Of a DNA stretch of 64,000 nucleotides, positions 47,718 through 56,645 are shown in pieces. The notes under the pieces were generated by a model, which worked only from the letters and a program-made list of their open reading frames with translations, ran no database searches and was not told the DNA's origin. Numbering within the stretch: position 1 is the first letter of the stretch; each line of letters begins with the position of its first letter. The position numbers were made by a program, and so were the translations under genes. Source of the DNA: Oceanospirillaceae bacterium (GTDB lineage: Bacteria; Pseudomonadota; Gammaproteobacteria; Pseudomonadales; Balneatricaceae); assembly GCA_003523085.1 (NCBI GenBank), contig DPHD01000024.1:2046-66045 (forward strand). Direction: 5' to 3'.

Positions 47718-48727
47718 TAATGATCTTTAGCGCACATATAGCGGGCTAATTCTGCAGCACGGTTAACATAACCCCATTCGTTGTCATACCAAAGGTAGAG
47801 TTTGACTTGGGTATCGTTGATGACCATAGTCGATAGGGCATCAACAATACAAGAGCGCGGATCGGTGCGGTAATCGATAGACACCAATGGGCGCGCTTCA
47901 AATCCAAGGATGCCTTTTAGGGGTTCAGACTCAGAAGCGGTTTGAAGCAGTTGATTAATTTCTTCGACCGAGGTTTGGCGCTGCATTTCAAACACACAGT
48001 CGGTAAGTGATGCATTAGCTAGTGGCACACGCACGGCATGACCATTGAGCTTGCCCTTTAAGTCGGGAAAAATGTGAGTAATGGCCGTGGCAGAACCCGT
48101 GGTGGTAGGAATTAGGCTCATGCCACAGGCACGGGAGCGGCGTAAGTCGCAATGGTGGGCGTCTAATATGGTCTGAGTGTTGGTGATATCATGAATGGTG
48201 GTCATGCAGCCATGGCGAATACCTAAGGCCTCGTGCAAGACTTTAACCACGGGGGCTAAGCAGTTAGTGGTGCACGAAGCAGCCGTGACTAATTGATGTT
48301 GTTGCGGATCGTAGAGATGATGATTAACCCCCACCACAAGGTCCAATACACCGGCTTGTTTTACCGGTGCAGTGACCAATACCCGCTTAACCCCTTGGTC
48401 CAAATAACTTTGTAGTAAGGCTTTGGTTTTGATTTTACCACTGGCCTCGATCACCAGGTGGCAGTCACTCCAGTGGGTGGCTTGGGTGCTGGTGTTTTGG
48501 CTATAGGCGAGGGCCTTGCCGTTAATAGAAACGGTATCTGCGTGGCCTTCAATGTCAGCCGACCAAGTGCCATGGATAGAATCAAATTTGAGTAAATGAG
48601 CCGTGGTGGCCGCATCGCCTGCGGGATCATTAAGTCGAATAAACTCAAATTCCGGCCAATTCCACGCCGCACGCAAGATTAGACGCCCCATGCGGCCGCA
48701 GCCGTTAATACCTACTTTGATGGTCAT
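47717..48727 (-). CDS. ArsJ-associated glyceraldehyde-3-phosphate dehydrogenase
   Basis: [46 protein letters not shown] and WYDNEWGY motifs; coupled to arsJ. Confidence 0.92.
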   Translation of the reverse strand: MTIKVGINGCGRMGRLILRAAWNWPEFEFIRLNDPAGDAATTAHLLKFDSIHGTWSADIEGHADTVSINGKALAYSQNTSTQATHWSDCHLVIEASGKIKTKALLQSYLDQGVKRVLVTAPVKQAGVLDLVVGVNHHLYDPQQHQLVTAASCTTNCLAPVVKVLHEALGIRHGCMTTIHDITNTQTILDAHHCDLRRSRACGMSLIPTTTGSATAITHIFPDLKGKLNGHAVRVPLANASLTDCVFEMQRQTSVEEINQLLQTASESEPLKGILGFEARPLVSIDYRTDPRSCIVDALSTMVINDTQVKLYLWYDNEWGYVNRAAELARYMCAKDH

Positions 48728-48802
48728 AATGAAGTATTGCAAAGAAACAAGATAAGGGTATTGTACCTATTTCTTCACCACTAGGGTCAAACCACGGTAA
48801 AT

Positions 48803-49027
48803 ATGATGATCAAAGCAGGCTTATACCGCCATTATAAAGGCGCACAATACCAAGTGATCGATACGGTACAGCATTCAGAAACCGAAGAAGTGCTGGTACT
48901 GTACCGTGCCTTATATGGTGAACAAGGCCTATGGGTGAGACCTTTAGCCATGTTCACAGAAACGGTGATGGTGCAGGGTGAGTCACAAGCGCGTTTTGCT
49001 TACCAAGGAATCTCTGAACCGTCGTAG
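48803..49027 (+). CDS. DUF1653-family protein
   Basis: G.YRHYKG..Y.V....HSET.E..V.Y.ALYG...LWVRP..MF...RF motif. Confidence 0.85.
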   Translation: MMIKAGLYRHYKGAQYQVIDTVQHSETEEVLVLYRALYGEQGLWVRPLAMFTETVMVQGESQARFAYQGISEPS

Positions 49028-49698
49028 TTAAAGAAATGCCCACTATCGCTAATTGATAGAGCATCCAAAACCTGCCGCAAGCCAGTAACACTGGTGTGGG
49101 TGTCGATGAGGCCATTGGGGCCACCCATGTCGGTTCTAACCCAACCTGGGTGGAGCGCGACCACGGTGATGCCTTGTTCAACCAGATCGATAGATAAGCT
49201 TTTAACCACTTGGTTAACGGCCGTTTTGGATGAGCGATAGAGGTATAGCGAGCCACCCTGGTTGTCTTCAATGCTGCCCACTTTTGAACTGACGATAGCA
49301 AAGGTGCCTTGGCTGGCCACTAAGTTGCCATGCAGCGCTTGGGCTAGCATGAGCGGGGCAATAGTATTGACGTTCAACACCTCAAGCCATTGCTCACGGG
49401 TGATGGTGCCCAGAGACTGATCCCGTGGGCCAAATACACCTGCGTTATTGATAATTAGATCTAAATCAACACCAGTAAGGCGTTTTTGAAGCGCAGCGAT
49501 GCTGTTGTCATCAGCCACGTCGAGGGGCAGCAAGGTGAGCTTGTCGCATTCTAGGGCCGCAAGCTCCGCACCCATGTGTTGACGATAGGTGGCATATACA
49601 CGCCAGCCATGGTCTAAATATTGTTGTGTGAGTTGCAGGCCAATGCCGCGATTGGCGCCGGTGATTAATAACTTTTTAGTGTCTTCTGGTGTGGTCAC
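49000..49698 (-). CDS. short-chain dehydrogenase/reductase (CsgA/C-factor-like)
   Basis: ITGANRGIG, INNAG, SS..GS, YRSSK and HPGWVRTDMGG motifs. Confidence 0.9.
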   Translation of the reverse strand: MTTPEDTKKLLITGANRGIGLQLTQQYLDHGWRVYATYRQHMGAELAALECDKLTLLPLDVADDNSIAALQKRLTGVDLDLIINNAGVFGPRDQSLGTITREQWLEVLNVNTIAPLMLAQALHGNLVASQGTFAIVSSKVGSIEDNQGGSLYLYRSSKTAVNQVVKSLSIDLVEQGITVVALHPGWVRTDMGGPNGLIDTHTSVTGLRQVLDALSISDSGHFFNYDGSEIPW

Positions 49699-49803
49699 AG
49701 TGGTGGCTCCTTTACTGTTAATTTACCAATCTAGATTAGTGGTGTGGCGCGTTATTGATGTACTATCGAACCCACACTCGCTTGATTGTATCTTAAACCT
49801 TAT

Positions 49804-50136
49804 ATGGCTCGCATTTTTATCACATCATTGGCTCTATGTTTGCTGCTTTTGTCGGTGGGCAAAAGTTACGCGTCTGCCAATATGCCGGTACCACAGGACA
49901 GTCATGCCATGATGGACGTACAAACATGCCACATGCAAATGGCACAAGCCTGTGATGGTATGGATGCGGGGGACGATTTTTTGAGCCATTTTCAATGCCA
50001 CTTAAACATGATTTCCATGATCAGTGGCTATGCAGGCATTGGTCTTACTGACCTGCCGGCACCTTATTTTGATTATCGCTTTATAACTAAGGTCCATATT
50101 CAAGCCTTAACCACCAAGCCTCCTAAACAGGCCTAG
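49804..50136 (+). CDS. secreted Met/His/Cys-rich small protein ending in KPP; candidate CutF/CruR-like regulatory leader
   Basis: Signal-peptide-like N-terminus (MARIFITSLALCLLLLSVGKSYA), Met/His/Cys-rich middle, C-terminus TTKPPKQA. The function is inferred. Confidence 0.6.
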   Translation: MARIFITSLALCLLLLSVGKSYASANMPVPQDSHAMMDVQTCHMQMAQACDGMDAGDDFLSHFQCHLNMISMISGYAGIGLTDLPAPYFDYRFITKVHIQALTTKPPKQA

Positions 50137-50205
50137 TCTGCTGATATCCGGCCATACACGCCACAAAACCAAGCAAAAATACTAGACTACTATTTGGGCC
50201 CTTCA

Positions 50206-50616
50206 ATGAACACCACCTTCAAAACCGTAATCCTCCTACTTACCACCTTTACCCTAGCTAATCCACTTTACGCGGCTCACAACATCAGCCATGTGGATGT
50301 TAAGGTAGGTGACTTGTCCGTTATAGCCAGCAAAGGCCAAATGGTATTTAACACCAACTGTGCGCAATGCCATGGTGTTGATGCCGCCGGTGGCGTAGGC
50401 GGACCGCCATTAATACACAACATCTATAATCCGGGTCACCATGCCAATGAAGCCTTCATTCGTGCGGTGCGTAATGGTGTAAGGCAGCATCACTGGCAGT
50501 TTGGTGATATGTCGTCGCAACCACAAGTTGCCTTTGGTGACATGGTATTCTTGTTGAAATTTATTAGAGAAGTGCAGCAGCAAAATGGTATTAAGACCAT
50601 AGCTCACAAAATGTAA
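50206..50616 (+). CDS. periplasmic monoheme cytochrome c with extra His pairs
   Basis: Signal peptide; CAQCH; GPPL.H.IY.PGHH...QHHW.FGDM. Confidence 0.85.
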   Translation: MNTTFKTVILLLTTFTLANPLYAAHNISHVDVKVGDLSVIASKGQMVFNTNCAQCHGVDAAGGVGGPPLIHNIYNPGHHANEAFIRAVRNGVRQHHWQFGDMSSQPQVAFGDMVFLLKFIREVQQQNGIKTIAHKM

Positions 50617-50666
50617 TAGGGCTTCATATTGAAGCAGTAAACTCGAGACACCACGAAGAGACGATA

Positions 50667-51137
50667 ATGATGATACATACTATAAAACACACGATGGCCC
50701 TAACCTTGATGTTGCTTGGACTTGCCAGCGCCGCCAGTGTAAGTGCCCACGATGGCGCCAGTGGCGTGGTTAAAACCCGCAAGGATGCTATGGCGGATAT
50801 GGCCGACGCCATGAAGGCGATGGCCAAGGTAGTGAAAGGTAAGACGGCCTACGCGCCACAGCTATTCATAGACAATGGAACCACCATTGTGGGGCATAGT
50901 GCTATGTTGGTTGACCTATTCCCCGCAGGATCTAAGCAAGGCAAGAGTGAAGCCAAACAGTTAATTTGGCAGCAGTGGGACGACTTTGTCACTTTGGCGC
51001 AGCGTACAGAAACCGCAGCGCAAGGGCTGGTTGATATGGCCCAGCAAGGGAGCGAGTTGCGGCCCTTAAAGAAACAATTTGCCAAGTTAGGCGGCAGCTG
51101 CAAAGCCTGCCACCAAGACTATCGTCAGAAGAAATAG
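50667..51137 (+). CDS. class II cytochrome c (c'/c556)
   Basis: Signal peptide; R...M near the N-terminus; LFP.GS, IW..W.DF; C-terminal SCKACH..YR. Confidence 0.9.
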   Translation: MMIHTIKHTMALTLMLLGLASAASVSAHDGASGVVKTRKDAMADMADAMKAMAKVVKGKTAYAPQLFIDNGTTIVGHSAMLVDLFPAGSKQGKSEAKQLIWQQWDDFVTLAQRTETAAQGLVDMAQQGSELRPLKKQFAKLGGSCKACHQDYRQKK

Positions 51138-51141
51138 CGGC

Positions 51142-51984
51142 ATGATAATGCAAAAAAGCTGGGCTTTGTTGCTGGTTGTATGTGCCACCCATGGGGTTGC
51201 CGCGGCGCAACCCACGTCGGTAGCCCGTGGTGAATATGTATTTAACATGGGCGGCTGTGCATCGTGCCATACTCAGGACCAACCCTTGGCTGGGGGAGTG
51301 GAACTCGTCACTCCATTTGGCACTTTCTACAGTCCGAATATCAGCCCTGATCCCCAGTATGGTATTGGTGGCTGGAGCAATACCGAATTCATAATGGCCA
51401 TGCGTCAAGGGGTGAGCCCCGACGGTGAGCATTATTATCCGGCGTTTCCCTATACCTCATACGTCAATATGCCAACCCAGGACTTAATTGATTTGAAAGC
51501 GTATTTGGATGCACAAGAACCCGTGCCTAAGCCGACTTTGCAACACGCATTGGATTTCCCTTTTAATCAACGTGCTTTGCTGGGCATGTGGAAAATTCTA
51601 AACGTCAGCCCATCGTGGGTGTCAGACCCGCAACAAAGTGCCGGTTGGAATCGAGGCAGCTACCTCGTCAATGGCCCCGGTCACTGTGGGCAATGCCACA
51701 CACCCAGAAACATCATCGGTGGCCTGCAGAGTGATGTGGGCATGATTGGCAATGTGGATGGGCCCGATGGTGAAAATGTACCTGCGCTTCTGGACGTGGC
51801 GCAGGCCGCTTTTGGGGGCTGGGCGTTAGAGGATATTAGTTTTGCCTTGGAAATAGGCATGACGCCCGAGGGCGACTTTTTGGGCGGCAGCATGAGCCAC
51901 GTGGTTGAAAACACCACCGGCAAAATGACCCCAGAAGACATCGAGGCAGTTGCCGAATATTTGTATTCCCTTAACCATCCCTAA
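51142..51984 (+). CDS. diheme cytochrome c (dehydrogenase cytochrome subunit-like)
   Basis: RGEY....GCASCH, TPFGTFYSPNI.PD...GIG.W, YYPAFPYTSY and RG.YLV.GPGHCGQCHTPR motifs. Confidence 0.9.
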   Translation: MIMQKSWALLLVVCATHGVAAAQPTSVARGEYVFNMGGCASCHTQDQPLAGGVELVTPFGTFYSPNISPDPQYGIGGWSNTEFIMAMRQGVSPDGEHYYPAFPYTSYVNMPTQDLIDLKAYLDAQEPVPKPTLQHALDFPFNQRALLGMWKILNVSPSWVSDPQQSAGWNRGSYLVNGPGHCGQCHTPRNIIGGLQSDVGMIGNVDGPDGENVPALLDVAQAAFGGWALEDISFALEIGMTPEGDFLGGSMSHVVENTTGKMTPEDIEAVAEYLYSLNHP

Positions 51985-51987
51985 TTG

Positions 51988-52011
51988 GCTATTGGCCCAT
52001 GGTCCAATAGC
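51988..52011 (+). terminator. hairpin after the cytochrome cluster (possible terminator)
   Basis: GCTATTGG-N8-CCAATAGC; the following U-tract is weak. Confidence 0.45.
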
Positions 52012-52017
52012 TTGGGC

Positions 52018-52049
52018 TTGACCTATGTGTAACACTTGGGTTTTATACT
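52018..52049 (+). promoter_or_regulatory. MerR-type promoter/operator with extended 20-bp spacer
   Basis: TTGACC (52018-52023), 20 bp, TATACT (52044-52049); imperfect dyad ACCTATGTGT-A-ACACTTGGGT lies across the spacer. Confidence 0.8.
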
Positions 52050-52083
52050 AGAAGTCTAAACGCGTTCACTTGAGTCATTGCCC

Positions 52084-52518
52084 ATGAAAACCGTAAGCCA
52101 ACTTGCCAAAACAGCAAAAGTGACTGCGGAAACTGTGCGCTATTATAGCCGCTTGGGCTTGCTGGAAGCCCAGCGAGACCCGCATAACGGCTATCAGTTA
52201 TTTGACCAAAACGCAGTGCACCGGCTGGCTTTTATTAGCCACTCTCGTGCCTTGGGATTTAGCTTGAAGGATATAGGCGCCATCTTGCAACAGTCGACCC
52301 AAGGCGACTCGCCGTGCCCTATGGTGAGGGATATGCTACGCCAACGAGTGCCTGTAGTAGCGGCAAAAATACGCCTTTTAGAAGAGCAAATGGCACGTAT
52401 GCAGTTAGCCTTAGAACAGTGGCAAAGCATGCCCGACGGCGTGCCCGATGGGCATCATATTTGCCATCTAATTGAAGACTGGCAGGCGCCAGCGATAGAG
52501 ATTGAAGATCATGAGTAA
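52084..52518 (+). CDS. MerR-family metal-responsive regulator
   Basis: LAK...V..ETVRYY...GLL...R...NGY, L.FI...R.LGFSL.DI motifs; C-terminal SPCP...GHHICHLIE. Confidence 0.88.
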   Translation: MKTVSQLAKTAKVTAETVRYYSRLGLLEAQRDPHNGYQLFDQNAVHRLAFISHSRALGFSLKDIGAILQQSTQGDSPCPMVRDMLRQRVPVVAAKIRLLEEQMARMQLALEQWQSMPDGVPDGHHICHLIEDWQAPAIEIEDHE

Positions 52519-54757
52519 TAGCGTACAAAACCCACTCACACAGTTAACCTTATCAGGCGTGACTTGTGCCGGCTGTGTAGGGCGTATTGAAAAAGCCTTG
52601 AACCAAACCCCTGGAGTTGAGGCCGCGCAAGTCAATTTTGCCAGTCGTACAGCAGAAGTGAGTGGCGGTGATGCACAAGCCTTGATTAAGGCGGTACGGG
52701 GTGCCGGTTACGATGCGCAAATCATTGAAGATCCTGCTTTTGCAGAAGCACAGCAAGCCAAAGAGCTAGGCCAGTTATTGAAGCGCCGCGCCTGGTATGC
52801 TGGTTTTGGTGTGGGTTTGGGCTTGTTGCTCATGTTGTTTGCCATGGACGTGAGCAACCCGCTGGTGTTGCGGGCCATTGGGTGGTTGACCTTAGTGACC
52901 ATGTTAATGACCGGCGAGCATTTTTATAAGAGTGGTTTTAAGGCGCTAAAATCTGGCCATGCCAATATGGACACGTTAATTGCCATAGGCACAATAGCGG
53001 CTTGGCTATATTCAATTTTGGTGGTGTACTTGCCCAGTATTTTCCCAGAGGCAGCCAGAGGTGTTTATTTTGAAGCCTCAGTGATGATTATTGGCCTCGT
53101 TAACCTTGGCCAAGCATTGGAAATGCGCGCCCGCCAAAAAACCCAGTCTAGTTTGAAGAGTTTACTGGGTTTACGCCCCAGCCATGCCTGTTTGGTGGGT
53201 CATAAAGGCGAGGCGGCTGCAGATGAGGTGCAGGTTAATATCTTACAAGTAAAAGTCGGTGACTTGTTACGCATTAAACCGGGTGAACGTGTGCCCGTAG
53301 ATGGTGTAGTGACACAGGGTGACAGTTACTTTGATGAAGCCATGCTCACGGGTGAACCTATGCCGGTGCACAAACAAGTTGGCGATGAGCTAGTGTCTGG
53401 CACTATCAATGGCCAAGGCAGTGTCATCTATGAAGCCACGCGGGTAGGCCGAGATACGGCTTTAGCCCGCATTATCGATATGGTGCGACAGGCGCAAAAT
53501 AGTAAGCCGTCTATTAGTCGGTTGGCTGATAAAGTCGCGGCTATCTTTGTGCCCGTGGTGCTGGTGATTGCCATTGCCACGGCACTGGCCTGGTACTTTT
53601 TGGGCCCTCAACCGGCCTTAACTTACAGCTTGATAAGCGCCGTGTCGGTACTCATTATTGCCTGCCCGTGTGCGTTGGGCTTAGCCACACCTATTTCGGT
53701 GATGATTGGCGTGGGTAAAGCGGCTCAATTAGGCGTATTGGTGCGCAACGCCGAAGCGCTACAGCAAGCCAGCAAAATTGATTGGGTGGTGTTAGATAAA
53801 ACTGGCACCATCACCCAAGGGCGCCCTAGCGTGGAAGATTATGCGGCCTTTAATGGTGCTAATGAGGCCCACAGTTTGTCTGTGGCGGTCGCCATAGAAC
53901 AAGCGTCAGAACACCCCATTGCCTTGGCCATTGTAGATTACTGCCAACAGCAGCCGTTGTTGTATTCATCTGACCCAACACAGGTGATGCCTAATGGGGA
54001 ACACTTTCACTCCGTGCAAGGTATGGGCGTAGTCAGCGATGACTACCTCATGGGTAACGTCAAGTTAATGCAATCTCAAAATGTTGACCTGAGTGCAGCT
54101 CAACAGTGGCTTGAGACCCAAGCAAAGGCCGCGAGAAGTATCGTTTTGTTGTCTCATAAACATCAATTAATCGCCGCCTTTGCGCTTGCAGATGCGTTAC
54201 AAGAAGACAGTGTTAAGGCCGTGAAAAGGCTCAAAGCCCAAGGCATTAAGGTGATGATGTTAACGGGAGACAATGGGGCAACAGCCCAAAGGGTGGCCAG
54301 TTTAGTGGCGCTTGATGACTATGCCGCAGAGCTAATGCCGGAGGACAAGCTTAACAAAATAAAACAGCTACAGGAGCAAGGCCAAGTGGTGGCCATGGTG
54401 GGTGATGGCATCAACGATGCGCCGGCCTTAAGCCAAGCTGACGTAGGTTTTGCTATGGGCCAAGGCACCGATGTGGCGATTGAAAGTGCGGATCTGTGCT
54501 TGCTCAATAGTTCATTACATGGGGTGGCTGACGCCATTGAATTAAGTCATGCAACCTTAGGCAATATTAAACAAAATTTATGGGGCGCCTTTGCCTTTAA
54601 TAGCCTCGGTATCCCCATTGCGGCAGGAGCGTTATTTCCCTTTACCGGTATGTTGTTGAGCCCTATGCTGGCGGCCTTGGCGATGTCGCTATCGTCGGTG
54701 ACGGTAGTGACCAATGCCAACCGGTTGCGCCTGTTTAAGCCAAGCCGGCGCGATTAA
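52511..54757 (+). CDS. copA: P1B-type heavy-metal ATPase, CopA-like
   Basis: N-terminal CAGC metal-binding domain; TGE, CPC, DKTGT, SEHP, GDGINDAP and MSLSS motifs. Confidence 0.88.
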   Translation: MSNSVQNPLTQLTLSGVTCAGCVGRIEKALNQTPGVEAAQVNFASRTAEVSGGDAQALIKAVRGAGYDAQIIEDPAFAEAQQAKELGQLLKRRAWYAGFGVGLGLLLMLFAMDVSNPLVLRAIGWLTLVTMLMTGEHFYKSGFKALKSGHANMDTLIAIGTIAAWLYSILVVYLPSIFPEAARGVYFEASVMIIGLVNLGQALEMRARQKTQSSLKSLLGLRPSHACLVGHKGEAAADEVQVNILQVKVGDLLRIKPGERVPVDGVVTQGDSYFDEAMLTGEPMPVHKQVGDELVSGTINGQGSVIYEATRVGRDTALARIIDMVRQAQNSKPSISRLADKVAAIFVPVVLVIAIATALAWYFLGPQPALTYSLISAVSVLIIACPCALGLATPISVMIGVGKAAQLGVLVRNAEALQQASKIDWVVLDKTGTITQGRPSVEDYAAFNGANEAHSLSVAVAIEQASEHPIALAIVDYCQQQPLLYSSDPTQVMPNGEHFHSVQGMGVVSDDYLMGNVKLMQSQNVDLSAAQQWLETQAKAARSIVLLSHKHQLIAAFALADALQEDSVKAVKRLKAQGIKVMMLTGDNGATAQRVASLVALDDYAAELMPEDKLNKIKQLQEQGQVVAMVGDGINDAPALSQADVGFAMGQGTDVAIESADLCLLNSSLHGVADAIELSHATLGNIKQNLWGAFAFNSLGIPIAAGALFPFTGMLLSPMLAALAMSLSSVTVVTNANRLRLFKPSRRD

Positions 54758-55662
54758 AATATTTGTGGCTGGGGGTGGCGGCGGCGAGCGCCGATGGCTT
54801 GTACCATAACGCCCAGCATGATGATGCTGCCGCCAACTAAGGTCCAGTTACCGGGGTGTTCATTAAATAATAACCACACCCAAATAGGGCTTAAAATCAC
54901 CTCCAGCATGGTGAGTAAGGTGAGTTCTGCTGCAGGCACGTGCTTGGAGCCGTGGATAAACATCACCATGGCTAAGCCCATTTGAAAAAAGCCTAGGGCT
55001 AAACAAATACGCAAGTCGGCCCAGCTAATGGAAAAATCATCAATTGCATAACCGGCGACCAGCATAGAAAACACACCCCCCACCAATGCCGCAGGTAACA
55101 TGTCGTTATCTTTGCCGCGGCGCATAATGACGCTAAAAGCGGCGTAACATATGGCCATCATCAGGGCGAAAGCCATGCCAATCAAACCGTCACCCGTGAG
55201 CGCCTGACCTACCATCACGCTGACACCGATGCTGGTGAGGGCGATCGCCGCCCAGGTACGCTTTTTGACGCGCTCGCCTAAAATAAGCCAACCCAAGAGT
55301 GCGGCGATAAAGGGCGCCGAGCTAAGTAAAAAGGTGACATTGGCAACACTGGTGTACAGCAGGGCAAATATATTGCCAAAAAACGAAGCTCCCATAAAAA
55401 TGCCGGCTAAAATGCTCAGTTTATTGGTGCGTCTTATCGGCGTGATGACATCACCTTTGTTGCGCCAAGCCATGACTGCCAGCATGGTGAGCACTAGGCC
55501 CACCGATCGAAAGAACACAATATGCCAGCCCGTGGCTTGATCGATATAACGCACACCGACACCGGCCGTGCTCCACAGTAGGCCGCAAATAATGACCATG
55601 ATGGCACCGTTGCGATATAAGTGATTGGGCGTGGCAGTCAAAGTTGGGTTGAGTTGCGTCAT
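54754..55662 (-). CDS. DMT/EamA-family transporter
   Basis: About 10 TM segments in two repeats; P...ALLG..ILGE, LE..L.P.WVWL..NE.P motifs. Confidence 0.88.
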   Translation of the reverse strand: MTQLNPTLTATPNHLYRNGAIMVIICGLLWSTAGVGVRYIDQATGWHIVFFRSVGLVLTMLAVMAWRNKGDVITPIRRTNKLSILAGIFMGASFFGNIFALLYTSVANVTFLLSSAPFIAALLGWLILGERVKKRTWAAIALTSIGVSVMVGQALTGDGLIGMAFALMMAICYAAFSVIMRRGKDNDMLPAALVGGVFSMLVAGYAIDDFSISWADLRICLALGFFQMGLAMVMFIHGSKHVPAAELTLLTMLEVILSPIWVWLLFNEHPGNWTLVGGSIIMLGVMVQAIGARRRHPQPQIF

Positions 55663-56081
55663 GGGTTAGCCTCAGACCAAGCGGCGTAAGTCGGAGCTGG
55701 CCACTGGCTTTGTGTCCACGCCAGCACCGCCATAATGTCTGCTTTGGAGAGTGTGGCTTGCCACGCCGGCATATTGCCTCGCCCTACAGAGACGGTATTG
55801 GCTAAGTCTGCTAACGAGTGGTGCCAAGCATGGCCAGTACCGTTTAGCGGTGGCGCAGGGCGGTTGCCCATGGCGTCGGGCTGCATCCAGTTTTGCGCGC
55901 CTTGGGCTTGGGGCCCATGGCAGGCCGCACAGTGGTCGGCGAACAGTTGTTGACCTTGCATGACTTGGACCTCCGTATACCAATAGGGGTTATGGCTTTG
56001 TTTGGCAACATAGGTATAGGTGCTGAGCACTGCAACTAAGGCTAGGGCAGCAATAAGTACTAAATTCTGGGTCTTGGACAT
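55659..56081 (-). CDS. membrane-anchored or periplasmic monoheme cytochrome c
   Basis: N-terminal hydrophobic anchor; G..LF...CAACHG, APPLNGTGHAWHH and MPAW motifs. Confidence 0.87.
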   Translation of the reverse strand: MSKTQNLVLIAALALVAVLSTYTYVAKQSHNPYWYTEVQVMQGQQLFADHCAACHGPQAQGAQNWMQPDAMGNRPAPPLNGTGHAWHHSLADLANTVSVGRGNMPAWQATLSKADIMAVLAWTQSQWPAPTYAAWSEANP

Positions 56082-56237
56082 GGCAACAAACTCGCGCAAC
56101 ATATGAAGTTGGCGCACTATATCCCAAGCCGCTTATCGCGGTCTAGACTTGATGCATTGATTCGTTGTTCTATGGGGTGAATTATTTTATAATTTTGTGG
56201 TCATAACTCCAATCTCTTTGCATGGTTAAACCCTAGG

Positions 56238-56645
56238 ATGGCAGTGACTTCATCGATATTGAACTTAGCTAAATTGGCACTACGCTTTTTGCTCAGCGGT
56301 GGCATCGCCACGCTACTCCACTGGGCTACCTTGTGGGGCTTGGTAACACTACAGTTTGAGGCGCTTTGGGCGTCTGGCATTGGTGCGTTAGTGGGGGCTG
56401 TGGCCAATTATTTTTTGCAGTACTTTTTCACCTTCAAATCCAAGCGCGCGCACAAACAAGCCATGCAGGCTTATGTGCCCACGGTAATGGTGAGCTGGGT
56501 GTTAAACTTGGCAGTATTTTACGGTCTGTATACCTACGCTTTGCCTAATCCGATGTTGGCTCAGGTGGTGACTACGGGGTTGGTGATGGTAGTCAATTTT
56601 CTGTTATATAAAAAGGTAGTGTTTCGTGCTAAATCCGATACCTGA
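56238..56645 (+). CDS. GtrA-family flippase-like protein
   Basis: RF...GG.AT, NY.....FTF and NF...K..VF motifs; four TM segments. Confidence 0.85.
   Translation: MAVTSSILNLAKLALRFLLSGGIATLLHWATLWGLVTLQFEALWASGIGALVGAVANYFLQYFFTFKSKRAHKQAMQAYVPTVMVSWVLNLAVFYGLYTYALPNPMLAQVVTTGLVMVVNFLLYKKVVFRAKSDT

Noticed and set aside
49782..49796. TTGAT half-site upstream of the leader ORF as an FNR box
   Set aside because: The second half-site does not match ATCAA at the N4 spacing.
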